DNA of 64,000 nt from an uncultured Acidobacteriota bacterium. Lineage in GTDB: Bacteria; Acidobacteriota; Thermoanaerobaculia; UBA5066; DATFVB01. Below the pieces are notes generated by a model. It made no database searches, was not told the origin of the DNA, and saw only the letters and a list, made by a program, of their open reading frames with translations. Position numbers and translations under genes: made by a program. Position 1 is the stretch's first letter. Each line of letters starts with the position of its first letter. Below, piece by piece: positions 38,733 to 49,645 of this stretch. Location: NCBI GenBank assembly GCA_963813155.1, contig CAWEYG010000003.1, positions 384,001 through 448,000 on the forward strand, read 5' to 3'.

Positions 38733-41700
38733 TCATCCCTCGACCGGACGGAAATCGGCCTGCGGCGCGACCTCGGTGCTCCGGCGACCCGCTGTCCGGC
38801 GCGCGAGCCGGTCGAACGCGAGATAGATGACCGGCGTCGTGTACAACGTCAGCACCTGCGAGAAGATCAGTCCTCCGACGATCGTGATGCCGAGCGGCCG
38901 GCGCAGCTCCGCCCCGATCCCGGAACCGAGCGCGAGAGGGATGCCGGCGAGCAGCGCGGCCATCGTCGTCATCATGATCGGGCGGAAGCGGAGCAGGCAG
39001 GCCTGGAAAATCGCTTCTTCCGGCTTCTTGCCCTGGTTGCGTTCGGCGTCGATCGCAAAGTCGACCATCATGATCCCGTTCTTTTTGACGATTCCGATCA
39101 GGAGAATGATCCCGATCAGCGCGATCACGGAAAAATCGTTCCGGAAGAGCATGAGCGCCAGAAGGGCCCCCACGCCGGCCGAGGGCAGGGTCGAAAGAAT
39201 CGTGATCGGGTGGATGTAGCTCTCGTACAGGACCCCGAGCAGGATGTACACGGTGACGAGCGCGGCGAGGATCAGGAGTGGTGTGTTCGTGAGAGAAGCG
39301 CGGAACGCCTGAGCCGTGCCTTGAAACGCCCCCTGAATGCTGTCCGGGAGCCCGAGATCCTGCTTCGCTTTTTCGATCGCCTTGACGGCCGATCCGAGCG
39401 AGGCGCCCGGCGCGAGATTGAACGAGACGGTGACGACGGGAAACTGCCCCTGGTGGTTGACCGAAAGCGGGGCGTTGACCGTTTCAATCCGGGTGAAGGC
39501 GCCGAGAGGAACGGTCCCGCCGCCCGGCGTGCCCGGAGGGGTCGGGCCGGACGCCGCGCCGGAGCTGCCGGACCCACCGGACGATCCCGCCGATGCGAGG
39601 GGGTTGAAAGTCGTTCCCGGATTCGCCGCCGCGGAAGCGGCGCCCGTCCCGACCGCGGCGCTTCCCCCCGAACCGGCCGGCGCCCCGGACGCCCCCGCGG
39701 GCCGCAGGAAAACGTTCTTCAGGTCGTCCGGCCCGGACTGGAAGCCGTTCTGGGATTCCAGAATGACGTGGTACTGGTTGAGCTGGGTGAACATCGTCGA
39801 GACCTGACGCTGGCCGAACTCGTCGTAGAGAGCGTTGTCGAGCATCTGCGGCGTGATGCCGAGTCGGGAGGCCGTCGTGCGGTCGAGAACCAGCCGCGCC
39901 TCGAGCCCGGCATTCTGCTGGTCGCTCGCGACGTCGCGCAGGTCGGCGAGCTTCTGGAGCCGGCTCACGAACCGGGGCGTCCAGGTCGCGAGCTCGACCG
40001 CGTCGGGGTCCTCGAGGCTGTACTGATACTGCGTCCGGCTCACGCGATCTTCGACCGTCAGGTCCTGAACCGGCTGCAGAAAGAGCGTGATCCCGGCGAC
40101 CTTCGTCAGCTCCGGCTGAAGCCGCCGAATGATGTCGGTGGCCGAGTCGTGATGGCGGGCCTTCAACGGCTTGAGGTTGATCTGGATTCGTCCGCTGTTC
40201 ATCGTCGTGTTGGTTCCGTCGATGCCAATGAACGACGAAAGGCTTTCGACGCCCTGGTCCTTCAGGATGACGCGCGCGAGCGCCTGCTGGCGTTCGGACA
40301 TGTCCCCGAAGGAAGCGGTCTGCGACGCCTCGGAGATACCGAGAATCACACCCGTGTCCTGAACGGGGAAAAAGCCCTTCGGGACGAGGACATACAGCAA
40401 AACCGTGACGACCAGCGTCGCCACCGCCACGATGAGCGTCGTCGGCTGATGGCGGAGCACCCACGTCAGGGTGCGCCCGTAGAACTCGATGATCTGGTTG
40501 AAGAGGCGCTCCGACACTCGATAGAAGGTTCCCCGGTCCTTCTCCTCTTTGTGCTTTAGCAGTTTGGCGCACATCATCGGCGTGAGGGTGAGGGAAACCA
40601 CCGCCGAGATCAGAATCGTGACCGAGAGCGTGATGGCGAACTCGCGGAAGAGCCGGCCGACGATGTCCGCCATGAACAGGAGCGGGATCAGCACCGCGAT
40701 GAGCGAGAGCGTCAGCGACACGATCGTGAACCCGATCTGCTCCGCTCCTTTCAAAGCCGCGTCCAGGGGTTTGTCGCCCGCCTCGATGTAGCGCGTGATG
40801 TTCTCGATCATCACGATCGCGTCATCGACCACGAAGCCGGTGGAAATCGTCAGCGCCATCAGCGTCAGGTTGTTCAGGCTGTAGCCGAGGAGGTACATCA
40901 CGCCGAACGTCCCGACCAGCGAGATCGGAACCGCGATGCTGGGAATGATCGTCGCCGCGAGCGTGCGCAAGAAAAGGAAGATCACCATGATGACGAGCGC
41001 AATCACGAGGATCAGCTCGAACTCGACGTCCGCAACGGAAGCGCGGATGGTCGTCGTCCGGTCCGTGAGGATCGAAACCTTCACGGCCGCCGGGAGGGTG
41101 GCGCTCAATTGGGGAAGGAGGCTCTTCACGCGGTCGACGACGGCGATGATGTTGGCGCCCGGCTGGCGCTGGATGTTGAGGATCACGGCCGGGGTCGTGT
41201 TCATCCAGGCGGCCTGCCGAACGTTCTCCGCAGAATCGACGACATTCGCCACGTCGGAGAGTTGGACCGGCGCGCCGTTCCGGTAGGCGACGACGATCGG
41301 GCGGTACTGATCGCTCGAGAGAAGCTGGTCGTTCGTGGCAATCGAGTACGACTGCCTTGCTCCGTTGAAAGTGCCCTTGGCCTGATTGACGTTCGTCTGG
41401 GAGATCGCCGTCCGAATGTCCTCCATCGTGAGACCGTACGAGGAGAGGGCCGTCGGGTTGACCTGGACGCGCACGGCGGGCTTCTGCCCTCCCGAGATGT
41501 TGACGAAACCCACACCCGGCAGCTGGGAAATTTTCTGGGCGAATCGCGTGTCGGCGAAATCCTCGATCTTCGTCAGGGGCACCGTCGCGGAGGTGAGGGC
41601 GAGCGTGAGAATCGGAGCGTCCGCCGGGTTCGTCTTGCTGTAAATCGGAGGATTCGGAAGGTCCGCCGGAAGGTACGAGCCGGCGGCGTTGATCGCCGCC

Positions 41701-42026
41701 TGCACCTCCTGCTCGGCCACGTCGATGTTCAGGTTCAGGACGAACTGCAGGGTGATGACCGAGCTTCCGTCGGAACTGTTCGAGGTCATCTGGTTCAGGC
41801 CCGGCACCTGGCCGAACTGGCGCTCGAGCGGCGCGGTCACGGCGGAAGCCATCACGTCGGGGCTCGCGCCCGGATAGAACGTCAGCACCTGGATCGTCGG
41901 ATAGTCGACCTGCGGCAACGCGGAGACAGGAAGCTCCTTGAATCCGATGGCTCCCGTGATGAGGATGCCGGCCATGAGAAGAGAAGTCGCGATCGGCCGG
42001 AGAATGAACGGCCGGGATGGGCTCAA
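38733..42026 (-). CDS. mdtB: RND efflux transporter subunit, MdtB-like
   Basis: [50 protein letters not shown]; TTG start overlapping the mdtA stop. Confidence 0.9.
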   Translation of the reverse strand: MSPSRPFILRPIATSLLMAGILITGAIGFKELPVSALPQVDYPTIQVLTFYPGASPDVMASAVTAPLERQFGQVPGLNQMTSNSSDGSSVITLQFVLNLNIDVAEQEVQAAINAAGSYLPADLPNPPIYSKTNPADAPILTLALTSATVPLTKIEDFADTRFAQKISQLPGVGFVNISGGQKPAVRVQVNPTALSSYGLTMEDIRTAISQTNVNQAKGTFNGARQSYSIATNDQLLSSDQYRPIVVAYRNGAPVQLSDVANVVDSAENVRQAAWMNTTPAVILNIQRQPGANIIAVVDRVKSLLPQLSATLPAAVKVSILTDRTTTIRASVADVEFELILVIALVIMVIFLFLRTLAATIIPSIAVPISLVGTFGVMYLLGYSLNNLTLMALTISTGFVVDDAIVMIENITRYIEAGDKPLDAALKGAEQIGFTIVSLTLSLIAVLIPLLFMADIVGRLFREFAITLSVTILISAVVSLTLTPMMCAKLLKHKEEKDRGTFYRVSERLFNQIIEFYGRTLTWVLRHQPTTLIVAVATLVVTVLLYVLVPKGFFPVQDTGVILGISEASQTASFGDMSERQQALARVILKDQGVESLSSFIGIDGTNTTMNSGRIQINLKPLKARHHDSATDIIRRLQPELTKVAGITLFLQPVQDLTVEDRVSRTQYQYSLEDPDAVELATWTPRFVSRLQKLADLRDVASDQQNAGLEARLVLDRTTASRLGITPQMLDNALYDEFGQRQVSTMFTQLNQYHVILESQNGFQSGPDDLKNVFLRPAGASGAPAGSGGSAAVGTGAASAAANPGTTFNPLASAGSSGGSGSSGAASGPTPPGTPGGGTVPLGAFTRIETVNAPLSVNHQGQFPVVTVSFNLAPGASLGSAVKAIEKAKQDLGLPDSIQGAFQGTAQAFRASLTNTPLLILAALVTVYILLGVLYESYIHPITILSTLPSAGVGALLALMLFRNDFSVIALIGIILLIGIVKKNGIMMVDFAIDAERNQGKKPEEAIFQACLLRFRPIMMTTMAALLAGIPLALGSGIGAELRRPLGITIVGGLIFSQVLTLYTTPVIYLAFDRLARRTAGRRSTEVAPQADFRPVEG

Positions 42027-43261
42027 CTCGCGCTCCGGGGCGCGGCCGCCGCCGAAGGCGCGCTGACGGCGACCTTCGACCCGGGCTGGAGCTTGTCCAT
42101 TCCGTCCACGATGAGTTGCTCGCCCGGGGCGACTTTTCCCTGAATCGCCGCCTGCTCTCCCTCGGTCAGTTGCACGCCGACGTTTCGCATCTCGACTGTG
42201 GAGTCCGGCTTCACGACCCACACGAACGTCGATTGCGGGCTGCGCTGAATCGCCGCGGCCGAAACCAGGGTCGCGCCCTTCAACGTGTTGACCAGCAGAC
42301 GGGCGTTGACGAACTGGTTCGCAAAGAGGGCGTTGTCCTGATTGGGAAATTCCGCCTTGAGCTTCACCGTCCCGGTCGTCGTGTCGATCTGATTGTCGAC
42401 CGCAACGAGGGAACCCACCGCGAGCTTCTTCTTCAAGTCACGATCGAAGGCATCCACCTCGAGCGGCCGACCGCCCTTCATCCGAGCCAGCACCGGAGGA
42501 AGCTGGTCGGCGGGAATCGTGAAGACGACCGCAATCGGCTGCAGCTGAGTGATGACGAGGAGGCCGTTGTTGTCGCTCGCGTGGACGATGTTTCCGGGAT
42601 CGACGAGACGCAGGCCGACGCGTCCCGTGATCGGAGACGTGATCCGACTGTAGGTCAGGTTCAGTTTCGCGGCGTCGACCTGCCCCTGGTCGCTCCGGAC
42701 GGCAGCTTCGTCCTGGTGGACCGTCGCGATCTGGGTGTCGAGCTGTTGCCTCGGAATCGCCTCCTGCCCGATCAGAACCTCGTAGCGATGCTGATCGACG
42801 CGCGCGTTCTCCAGGGCCGCGACGTCTTTCGCCTTCTGGCCTTCCGCCTGCTCGAGCTGGACCTGGAAGGGACGGGGGTCGATCTGCGCGAGCCGATCCC
42901 CGGCGTGAACGACCTGTCCTTCGCGAAACGCGACGTCCACGAGCTGGCCGTCCACGCGGGAATGGACCGTCACGGTGTTCAGCGCCGTCACGCTCCCGAG
43001 CCCGTTCAGGTAAACGCCGATGTCGCCGATCCGGGCGGGAACGGCGACGACCGGGATTGCCCGCGATGCGGCGGACTTCTCCTTTTGGAGAGCCGCCGCC
43101 TTGCTGCTGCTCGACCGTCGAAGCACGAGAAAGGCGATCAAAGCGACCAGCGCCATGACGACCCAGGGCCATCGCCGGCGTTTTCGGTCCGGCGCGCCGG
43201 CCGTCAGGAGCAACGGTTCTTCCGGCTTTTCGGGGGGCCGTTCGGGCGCCTTGAGGCTCAT
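42023..43261 (-). CDS. mdtA: RND membrane fusion protein, MdtA-like
   Basis: Single transmembrane anchor, [45 protein letters not shown]. Confidence 0.9.
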   Translation of the reverse strand: MSLKAPERPPEKPEEPLLLTAGAPDRKRRRWPWVVMALVALIAFLVLRRSSSSKAAALQKEKSAASRAIPVVAVPARIGDIGVYLNGLGSVTALNTVTVHSRVDGQLVDVAFREGQVVHAGDRLAQIDPRPFQVQLEQAEGQKAKDVAALENARVDQHRYEVLIGQEAIPRQQLDTQIATVHQDEAAVRSDQGQVDAAKLNLTYSRITSPITGRVGLRLVDPGNIVHASDNNGLLVITQLQPIAVVFTIPADQLPPVLARMKGGRPLEVDAFDRDLKKKLAVGSLVAVDNQIDTTTGTVKLKAEFPNQDNALFANQFVNARLLVNTLKGATLVSAAAIQRSPQSTFVWVVKPDSTVEMRNVGVQLTEGEQAAIQGKVAPGEQLIVDGMDKLQPGSKVAVSAPSAAAAPRSAS

Positions 43262-43346
43262 GTTTCGACCTCCGGAGGCTCTGCTTGCAATATGCGCGCA
43301 CAACCCACAGGAAAACGCCGCGGACTGCGAGAACGTTACCGGGGCT

Positions 43347-43907
43347 TCAGCGCGGCCACAGCCACCCGAAAACGCCCGCCGTCACGACGGCATAGACGAG
43401 CCCGTCCACCGTCGCCTTCAGGGTGATGCTCCAGGCTCGCTTGTACCAGATCGACATCTGCCACAGAGCGGCAGAGTAGCCGACGAAAGCGGTCACGCCG
43501 GAAAACTTGAACACCTGCCGATACGCCGCGCCCGGGGCGAGAGCGCGCCCCGCGATGAAGGCCGCGAACACCCCGATCGCGACGGAGTAGAGAAACCAGA
43601 GTACCAGGTTGCTTCCCATGGAGACGGGCCCGTTCGGCATGACCGTCATCACCAGGACAGGCCCCTTTTTCATTTTCTCGGAGAACTCGGGAGTCTTCAT
43701 GTCTGCCCGCGTCGCCGGACGGGGAACGAAATAATCGCCCGGAGGGATCGCCAGCGGGCGAAGCGCGTCCATCACGGCGTCCTGGTTCGGCAGCATGGGG
43801 AAGTCGTTCTTGTGCCAGGGCGACGCCATGTGGATGAGAGAGCTCGTGATGAAAACCGCCACCGAGGAAAGCAGGATGGGAAGCCAGAGCGCCGTCAGTC
43901 CCGTCAT
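43347..43907 (-). CDS. Uncharacterised membrane protein, about four transmembrane helices
   Basis: 186-aa ORF with GAGGAGG ribosome-binding site and hydrophobic segments ([21 protein letters not shown]...IWYKRAW). Confidence 0.75.
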   Translation of the reverse strand: MTGLTALWLPILLSSVAVFITSSLIHMASPWHKNDFPMLPNQDAVMDALRPLAIPPGDYFVPRPATRADMKTPEFSEKMKKGPVLVMTVMPNGPVSMGSNLVLWFLYSVAIGVFAAFIAGRALAPGAAYRQVFKFSGVTAFVGYSAALWQMSIWYKRAWSITLKATVDGLVYAVVTAGVFGWLWPR

Positions 43908-43980
43908 GATCCCTCCTCTTCAAGGTCGATCGTAGCATCCCGGCGCCCGATCCGCGGCGGCCCGAACCTCGCCGCGCGAG

Positions 43981-44364
43981 TCATTTGCGGGGACGGAAGA
44001 CGGCGACCCGAGATCCCGGGCTTTCGATTTCCGGGGGCATTCGCGCCGCGACGAAGCGCATCGCGAGCACGACCAGGATCGTGAGGACGGCAACGGTGCC
44101 GGCGAGATTCCTTCCGTGCCAGAGCCCGGCGAACCATTCGCGGAACTCGGCCGCGAGGACGTTCGCCGTTCCGCCATAAACCTCGAGCTGGTGGAGGTAG
44201 AGTTTGGTGTCCATCGGATCGTAGCCGAGAGGGTTCTCCGGCTCGGGACCGGCCGCGAAGAAAATGATCGCGGCGCTTCCGAGACCGGCCGCGAGGATCG
44301 CGCGGGCAATGCGCCTCAGGCGAATCTCCGCCGGCGACGCCCCGCCCTTCGCAGGCCGACTCAT
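43981..44364 (-). CDS. Small two-helix membrane protein of unknown function, 127 aa
   Basis: ATG overlaps the stop of the upstream gene (TAATG); two hydrophobic helices flank the loop DPMDTKLYLHQLEVYGGTANVLAAEFREWFAGLWHG. Confidence 0.7.
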   Translation of the reverse strand: MSRPAKGGASPAEIRLRRIARAILAAGLGSAAIIFFAAGPEPENPLGYDPMDTKLYLHQLEVYGGTANVLAAEFREWFAGLWHGRNLAGTVAVLTILVVLAMRFVAARMPPEIESPGSRVAVFRPRK

Positions 44365-46703
44365 TACTCGCTCCCCTTCAGAGTCAGTCGACGGCGTCCG
44401 CGAAGAGCCGCGGGATCCCCCTGTCGGACAAAGTACGACGCGCCCGCCGGCAGGGCCCCGAGCTTCTGGGTCGTCCGGTCGCGGTCGGGCCACGTGATCT
44501 CGATTTCGCGGATCGTCGCCTCGTCGTCCGCGAGGCAGCCGAGGCCGATCTCCTGCTCGAGGGGAGAGGCGCCGAAGCTTCCGCCGCTGCCGACGGTGCG
44601 AAAGATCCGCCGGGTCCCCTTCGCGCCCGCGATCGTGACTTCGATTCGGGCGCCGATCGCGGATCGGTTCGCGCGAGTTCCCTCGAGTTTCAGCGAGATC
44701 CAGTCGTTCCCGTTGCCCGGGTTCTCGAAGAGCGCGTTCGGAAACGTGTCTCCCGGAAATGCCCCGCCCAGGACCTCGTAAATGTCCTCGTCGCCGTCGT
44801 TGTCCAGGTCGGCGAACGCGACCCCGTGCCCCTTCGCGAGAGTCCCGAGGTTCGCCGCCACGGTCACGTCCTCGAACGCGCGCCCCCCTTTGTTTCGAAA
44901 CGCCCGGTTCGGAACCAGGAACTCGAACGGCGGGGTTCCGGTTCCGAGGTACAGGTCGAGGAACCCGTCGTTGTCGAAGTCGCCGAAGTTCGCGCCCATC
45001 ACGGACATCGAATGCCAGAGCCCCGCCTCTTTCGTCACGTCGGCGAAAGTCCCGTCCCCGCGGTTGTGGAAGAGTCGGGGTTTTCCGTCCGAGGAAGGCG
45101 CCGCCTGGCCGAGGAATTCCGCGATCTCGTCTCGCGCCGACGTCCGCAGCTCGATCGGGACGCCCTTGCCGGAGAAGACGACGCGGGCGCGAGGGTAGCC
45201 GCCGACGAAAATGTCGTCCCACCCGTCATTGTCGTAGTCGAAGAACCAGGTCGGAAAACTGAAGATCGGCTCGCCCACGCCCGCCCGGGCCGTGACGTCG
45301 CTGAATTTCCATCGCCCCTTCGCGTCCGGCCCGTCGTTGTGCAACAGGATGTTCGTGTCGCCGTAGCGCGAAAGGTAGAGGTCGATGCGCCCGTCGTGAT
45401 CGTAGTCGCCCCACGCGGCGCCCTTGATCCATCCGCGAATGTCGAGGCCCATCTCCGGGAGGACATCCTTGAAGGTCCCGTCCCCCTGGTTTCGATACAG
45501 GTGGCCCTGCGCCTGCGGGTGCGCGAGCCGGTAGAGGTCGAGCAGGAGGCTCGCGGAAAGCTTGCTCATTGAGTCGAGGACGCGCGTGGGGAACCCGGTC
45601 TCCGTGCCGACGAAGAGGTCGAGCAGGCCGTCGTTGTCGAAGTCGCCCCAGGCGGCTGCCTGCGTCGCCTCGATTTGCAGGATTCCCGCGCGCGCCGTGA
45701 CGTCGGTGAACTTGCCGTGGTCGTTCGCGAGCAGCGTGCTCGGCTGGCCGTGCTCCATTTGCCATCCCCCGCGCAAGACGAGGACGTCCGGGTACCCGTT
45801 GTTGTCGTAGTCCGCCTGGATCAGATTCAGTCCTCCTCGAACGCCCTGGAGCCCCGCTTCTTTCGTGACGTCCGCGAACGTGCCGTCTCCCATGTTGCGG
45901 AAGAGCCGGAGCTGCCCCTCATCGGAGTCGATCGGAGCGGCCTCCGAGACCATGATGTCCAGGTACCCGTCCCCGTCGAAGTCGTCGATCACGACGCCGC
46001 CCGCGAGACCGCCTACCGCGACGCCGAGGGAGTCGGCGACGTCCTTGAATTCCGGAAACGCCGATTTCGGCCCGTAAGTCGCCGGATCGATCCGCCACTC
46101 CGGGCGAATCGTCTCCGGCCCTCTTCCGAGCGTCATGCACGCGATGTTCAGGAGCCATTTCACGACGAGGTCGCCCGGCCGCCGTTCAAGGATCGACTCG
46201 AACGCGGCGACGGCCGCGAGCGATCCTCGCCGCTGCACGTGGACCCCACCCGCTCGGATCGGAAAAAGGCAGGAATCGCCCGTGTGCATCGCGACGCAGT
46301 TCTCCTGTTCTCCGAGCCGCATGTACGCGACCGCGCGCGGAAACTCGACGCGGTCGATCAGGTCGTCGCCGCGAATCCCGAGCTTGCCGGCCTGAACGAG
46401 CAGCTCGTCGTAGAGCGCGACCGCTTCTTCGGCGTTTCCGACGCGAACGAGCGCCTGGGCCAGCCGCAACCGCTTCCCGAAGCTCGCGGCGGAAGCATCG
46501 TGCCGGTACCGGGAGAGGTTCTCGGCGACCTTCGTCTCTCCGACGAAGGGCACATCGGGTCCGATCTGCGAGGCGAGCCGCGCGAGAATGTCGGCGGAGC
46601 TTCCCTCCGGCGGGCGCGACGAACGGCAGCCGGCCAGCACGGCCACGCAGGCAGCCAGAAGGATCGGAAGGAAACGCTCAGGGACGCGAACGCGACGCGA
46701 CAT
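44364..46703 (-). CDS. CRTAC1 / ASPIC-UnbV family lipoprotein with FG-GAP-like Ca2+-binding repeats
   Basis: Lipobox VLAGC; TPR-like N-terminus; seven DxDxDG-type loops (DFDGDGYLD, DYDNNGYPD, DFDNDGLLD, DYDHDGRID, DYDNDGWDD, DFDNDGFLD, DLDNDGDED); C-terminal NRSAIGARI...GGSFG...GLG...ITWP. Confidence 0.85.
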   Translation of the reverse strand: MSRRVRVPERFLPILLAACVAVLAGCRSSRPPEGSSADILARLASQIGPDVPFVGETKVAENLSRYRHDASAASFGKRLRLAQALVRVGNAEEAVALYDELLVQAGKLGIRGDDLIDRVEFPRAVAYMRLGEQENCVAMHTGDSCLFPIRAGGVHVQRRGSLAAVAAFESILERRPGDLVVKWLLNIACMTLGRGPETIRPEWRIDPATYGPKSAFPEFKDVADSLGVAVGGLAGGVVIDDFDGDGYLDIMVSEAAPIDSDEGQLRLFRNMGDGTFADVTKEAGLQGVRGGLNLIQADYDNNGYPDVLVLRGGWQMEHGQPSTLLANDHGKFTDVTARAGILQIEATQAAAWGDFDNDGLLDLFVGTETGFPTRVLDSMSKLSASLLLDLYRLAHPQAQGHLYRNQGDGTFKDVLPEMGLDIRGWIKGAAWGDYDHDGRIDLYLSRYGDTNILLHNDGPDAKGRWKFSDVTARAGVGEPIFSFPTWFFDYDNDGWDDIFVGGYPRARVVFSGKGVPIELRTSARDEIAEFLGQAAPSSDGKPRLFHNRGDGTFADVTKEAGLWHSMSVMGANFGDFDNDGFLDLYLGTGTPPFEFLVPNRAFRNKGGRAFEDVTVAANLGTLAKGHGVAFADLDNDGDEDIYEVLGGAFPGDTFPNALFENPGNGNDWISLKLEGTRANRSAIGARIEVTIAGAKGTRRIFRTVGSGGSFGASPLEQEIGLGCLADDEATIREIEITWPDRDRTTQKLGALPAGASYFVRQGDPAALRGRRRLTLKGSE

Positions 46704-46710
46704 CCCTCCC

Positions 46711-47874
46711 CTACTTCGCGCGGGCGCGCACGGAAGCGCGGAAATCGCGGCGCGCCTTTTCGTCCGGGATCTGGTCGGCGACGGCCGCGGCGAGTCCGAC
46801 CAGGCTCGCGGCGCCCTTCGCCGCTTTCTTAACGAGCACGCGCGCGAGCGGGCCGATGTGCCGGGCGAGCTCGACTTCGACGAAGTGCAGGTCCTCCTCG
46901 CGAAACGAGGAAGCCGTCGCCGACGGGACCGCGGAAGGAGCGGCCGATCCGGGCCGATGGCCCACCGTCATCGTCTCTCCCGCTTCCAAATCCACCAGTG
47001 CTTCGATCTGCGTCACGCTCGGCTCTTCCGCCCTCGGGACCTCGCCGGCCTGCACGCGGGCGAGGTCCCGGTCGAGCGCGTCCATGTCCGGGTAGCGCTC
47101 CTCGCGGTTCTTGGCCATCGTCTTCCGAAGGACGCGGCAGAGCCCTTCCGAGAGACCCGGCTCGTACCGGCGAGGGTCGGGGAGCGGCTGCGTCAGGTGC
47201 ATCGACATCACGAGCGCGCCGGACGTTCCCTTGTACGGCGCGTGCCCGGTGACGAGGTGGTAGAACGTCGCCCCGAGCGAGTAGACGTCCGCGCGGGCGT
47301 CGATGTCTTTCAGCCCGCGAATCTGCTCGGGCGAGATGTAGTTCGGCGTTCCCACCGCCTGTCCCGTTTGCGTCAGGCCCTGGTCTTCGTCCATGCGCTT
47401 TGCGATCCCCAGGTCCACGAGCTTGACCTCGCCCCGCGAGGTCAGCATGAGATTGTCCGGCTTGATGTCGCGGTGGACGATGCCCGCCGCGTGAGCGACC
47501 GCGAGCGCCCGCGCCGCCTGCCGGACGATCTGGAGGGCCTCGTTTTCGCTCAGCCGGCCGCGGTTCAGGCGCGTGCCCAGCGACTCGCCGTCGACGTACT
47601 CCATCGCGAGGTACTGAACTCCGTCCACGCTTCCGAAGTCATAGATCTGAACCACGTTCGGGTGATTCAAGCGCGCCGCGACCCGCGCTTCCTTCAGGAA
47701 CCTCTGGACGAATTCCTCGTCCGCGGAGAACTCGGGAGCAAGCGTCTTCAGCGCGACGATGCGTTCGAGCGTGACGTTCCGGGCTCGATAGACCTTTCCC
47801 ATTCCGCCGGAGCCCAGCTCCTCGAGAATCTCATAGGCGCCGAAGCGCCGCCCCGCGAGGCTCTGCTCCGTCAA
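46711..47874 (-). CDS. Soluble Hanks-type Ser/Thr kinase with a short helical C-terminal domain
   Basis: LGSGGMGKVY, VALK, HRDIKPDN, DLG, GTPNYISPEQ, DVYSLG; no transmembrane segment; tail ELARHIGPLARVLVKKAA...IPDEKARRDF. Confidence 0.92.
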   Translation of the reverse strand: MTEQSLAGRRFGAYEILEELGSGGMGKVYRARNVTLERIVALKTLAPEFSADEEFVQRFLKEARVAARLNHPNVVQIYDFGSVDGVQYLAMEYVDGESLGTRLNRGRLSENEALQIVRQAARALAVAHAAGIVHRDIKPDNLMLTSRGEVKLVDLGIAKRMDEDQGLTQTGQAVGTPNYISPEQIRGLKDIDARADVYSLGATFYHLVTGHAPYKGTSGALVMSMHLTQPLPDPRRYEPGLSEGLCRVLRKTMAKNREERYPDMDALDRDLARVQAGEVPRAEEPSVTQIEALVDLEAGETMTVGHRPGSAAPSAVPSATASSFREEDLHFVEVELARHIGPLARVLVKKAAKGAASLVGLAAAVADQIPDEKARRDFRASVRARAK

Positions 47875-47898
47875 ACGGCGTCCGCCCTTCGCACGCGA

Positions 47899-48774
47899 CT
47901 ACTCCTCGTCGAGCATCTTGAGGGCCTTCACGAGGCTGATGCGCATCCGGTTGAAGGACCCCGCAAGGCGGCCGACCTCGTCGCGGCTGCGGAAACGAAC
48001 CTCGGGAATATCGAGATTGCCCGTCGAGACCTCGTCCGCCATCCGCGAGAGCCGGCGAATGGGCCGAAGAATCGTGAACCACAGCAGGAAATTCAGAAGA
48101 ACCAGCAGGAACAGGAAGACTCCCACGAGCGTCGCGAGCATCGCGCGCTGCGCCTGTGTCGCGAGACGAATCGGCAGGGCCATCGGCACGGCAACGATCT
48201 GCGCCCCGATCGTTTCGTTGAGCTTCCAGCCGAAGCCCCCGGCGGGCCCGTATCGCTTCACGAGGGAGGCGGGAGTCGTCTCCGGCGTCGTGTGGCACGA
48301 CAGACAGCTCGGGTCGGTGATCGTGATCGGCCGCGCGAGGTACAGCGCCCGTCCGAGCGGCGTCTGCCGCTCGCCGATGATCTCCCGCATTTTCGGGTCG
48401 GCGCGAAAGGCGTTGACGACGTCGGCCTCCCAGTCCACCGTCCGGTCGCGCGGGTTCGTCGGGTTCAGCGTCGCTTCTTTGTACGTGTACTCGGGGTGAC
48501 TCTCCCGCAGCGTGTTGAAGATCTCGGTCGCGGAGTAAGCCGGGACGGACTGCGGCAGGAATTCTTCGGCCAGCCGCGGAGCGAGGAGCGGCTTGATCTG
48601 CTTGTTCGTGTAGCCGCGCGTCGCGAGGGCGGTCTGCATCATCAACCGTGCCTGCTGGACGACCTGCGACCGCGCGTTGTTCTGAAGGAGATCCTGGGTG
48701 ATCAGGTGTGCCGGCACGAGGGCGATCGCGGCGCACAGGATCAGGATCAAGTTGAACTTGACGAGAAGCGACAT
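47899..48774 (-). CDS. Membrane heme-c sensor (DUF3365/Tll0287-like) plus HAMP, with no output domain
   Basis: First transmembrane helix; periplasmic PQSVPAY, YKEATLNPTNP, CLSCH, GFGWKLNE; second helix; HAMP RPIRRL...DEVGRLAGSFNRM; stop about 12 residues later. Confidence 0.88.
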   Translation of the reverse strand: MSLLVKFNLILILCAAIALVPAHLITQDLLQNNARSQVVQQARLMMQTALATRGYTNKQIKPLLAPRLAEEFLPQSVPAYSATEIFNTLRESHPEYTYKEATLNPTNPRDRTVDWEADVVNAFRADPKMREIIGERQTPLGRALYLARPITITDPSCLSCHTTPETTPASLVKRYGPAGGFGWKLNETIGAQIVAVPMALPIRLATQAQRAMLATLVGVFLFLLVLLNFLLWFTILRPIRRLSRMADEVSTGNLDIPEVRFRSRDEVGRLAGSFNRMRISLVKALKMLDEE

Positions 48775-48817
48775 GTCCTTCCCCTCCGTTTCGGAGCCCC
48801 GATCTTACCGCGGCGAT

Positions 48818-48850
48818 CGGCGTCCCGCGATCACCGATCGCGGGACGCCG
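48818..48850. terminator. Perfect 15-bp hairpin; possible terminator or mRNA-stabilising stem
   Basis: CGGCGTCCCGCGATC-ACC-GATCGCGGGACGCCG, 15 nt after the crystallin gene stop. No U-tract, so its function is uncertain. Confidence 0.5.
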
Positions 48851-48865
48851 CCCCTTCGCATTGAC

Positions 48866-49585
48866 TCAGTGCCGGCGGCGGAAAGAGCCTCGTTCGCGCT
48901 CTTCGATGCGGAACGAGGAAATGCGGTCGTTGAAGCCGGCGGCGCGCAGATCGACCATGTCGCGGCCGAAGCGCCGCCCGTCCCCCCGGAAGTCGCGATC
49001 CTTGAATGCCGTGACTTCCGCGCTGCCGAAAACCCGGATCGACGAAACCCGGTCGTTCATTCCCGGCGGCACCATCGCGGACGACTCGCCGACCGCGGCG
49101 CAGAAGGACCGGCCCCCGAAATTCGGGTCCTCGTAAAAGCACGCGCCGGAACGGGGCGCGGTCGGGTGGCCCCAGCTCATCTCGCCGCGCCCCTCGCCCC
49201 GGCCGTCGCGCGGGCCCCCCCGGTCTTCGCGAGGCTCGACGCGATAAGACGAGATCCGGTCGTTCCAGCCGACTTCCCGCAGGTCGTTCTTGTCCCGTCC
49301 GAAACGTTGAGAGACTCCGCGGAAGTCGCGATCCTTGAACACCGTGACTTCGGCGTCTCCGAGAACGCGGATCGACGAGATCTTGTCGTTCATCCCCTCC
49401 GGCACCATCCTCGTCGAGCTGCCGATCTCGGCACAGAAGTACCGGCCGCCGAAGTTCGGGTGCTCGTAGAAGCAGGCTCCGGACCGGGGCATCTCCGCAC
49501 GGCCCCAGTTCTGTCCGAAGGCGGTTGCAATGCCAATGAAAAGAAAGCCCGCCGAGAAGAAACCGGTCGCAGGGATACGTCTCAT
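48866..49585 (-). CDS. Secreted protein with two tandem beta/gamma-crystallin-like domains
   Basis: Signal peptide; duplicated unit of about 85 aa starting RSGACFYExPNFGG; four ND(K/R)(I/V)SS Ca2+-binding signatures. Confidence 0.85.
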   Translation of the reverse strand: MRRIPATGFFSAGFLFIGIATAFGQNWGRAEMPRSGACFYEHPNFGGRYFCAEIGSSTRMVPEGMNDKISSIRVLGDAEVTVFKDRDFRGVSQRFGRDKNDLREVGWNDRISSYRVEPREDRGGPRDGRGEGRGEMSWGHPTAPRSGACFYEDPNFGGRSFCAAVGESSAMVPPGMNDRVSSIRVFGSAEVTAFKDRDFRGDGRRFGRDMVDLRAAGFNDRISSFRIEERERGSFRRRH

Positions 49586-49645
49586 CTTTTCACCTCTCGA
49601 TGTTCGTCGGCCGCGTTGGCGACCTTCTCAATCTCTTCCGGATAG

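Noticed and set aside
40584-40594. Second GGGTGAGGG match to the REP-like unit
   Set aside because: Encodes the conserved SLTLTP of MdtB and has no accompanying hairpin.
43285-43305. Sigma54-like site upstream of mdtA (TGCGCGCATATTGCA)
   Set aside because: Lacks the invariant GG at -24.
48900-49490. Direct DNA repeat of about 250 bp as a CRISPR or mobile repeat
   Set aside because: It is the internal domain duplication of the crystallin gene.
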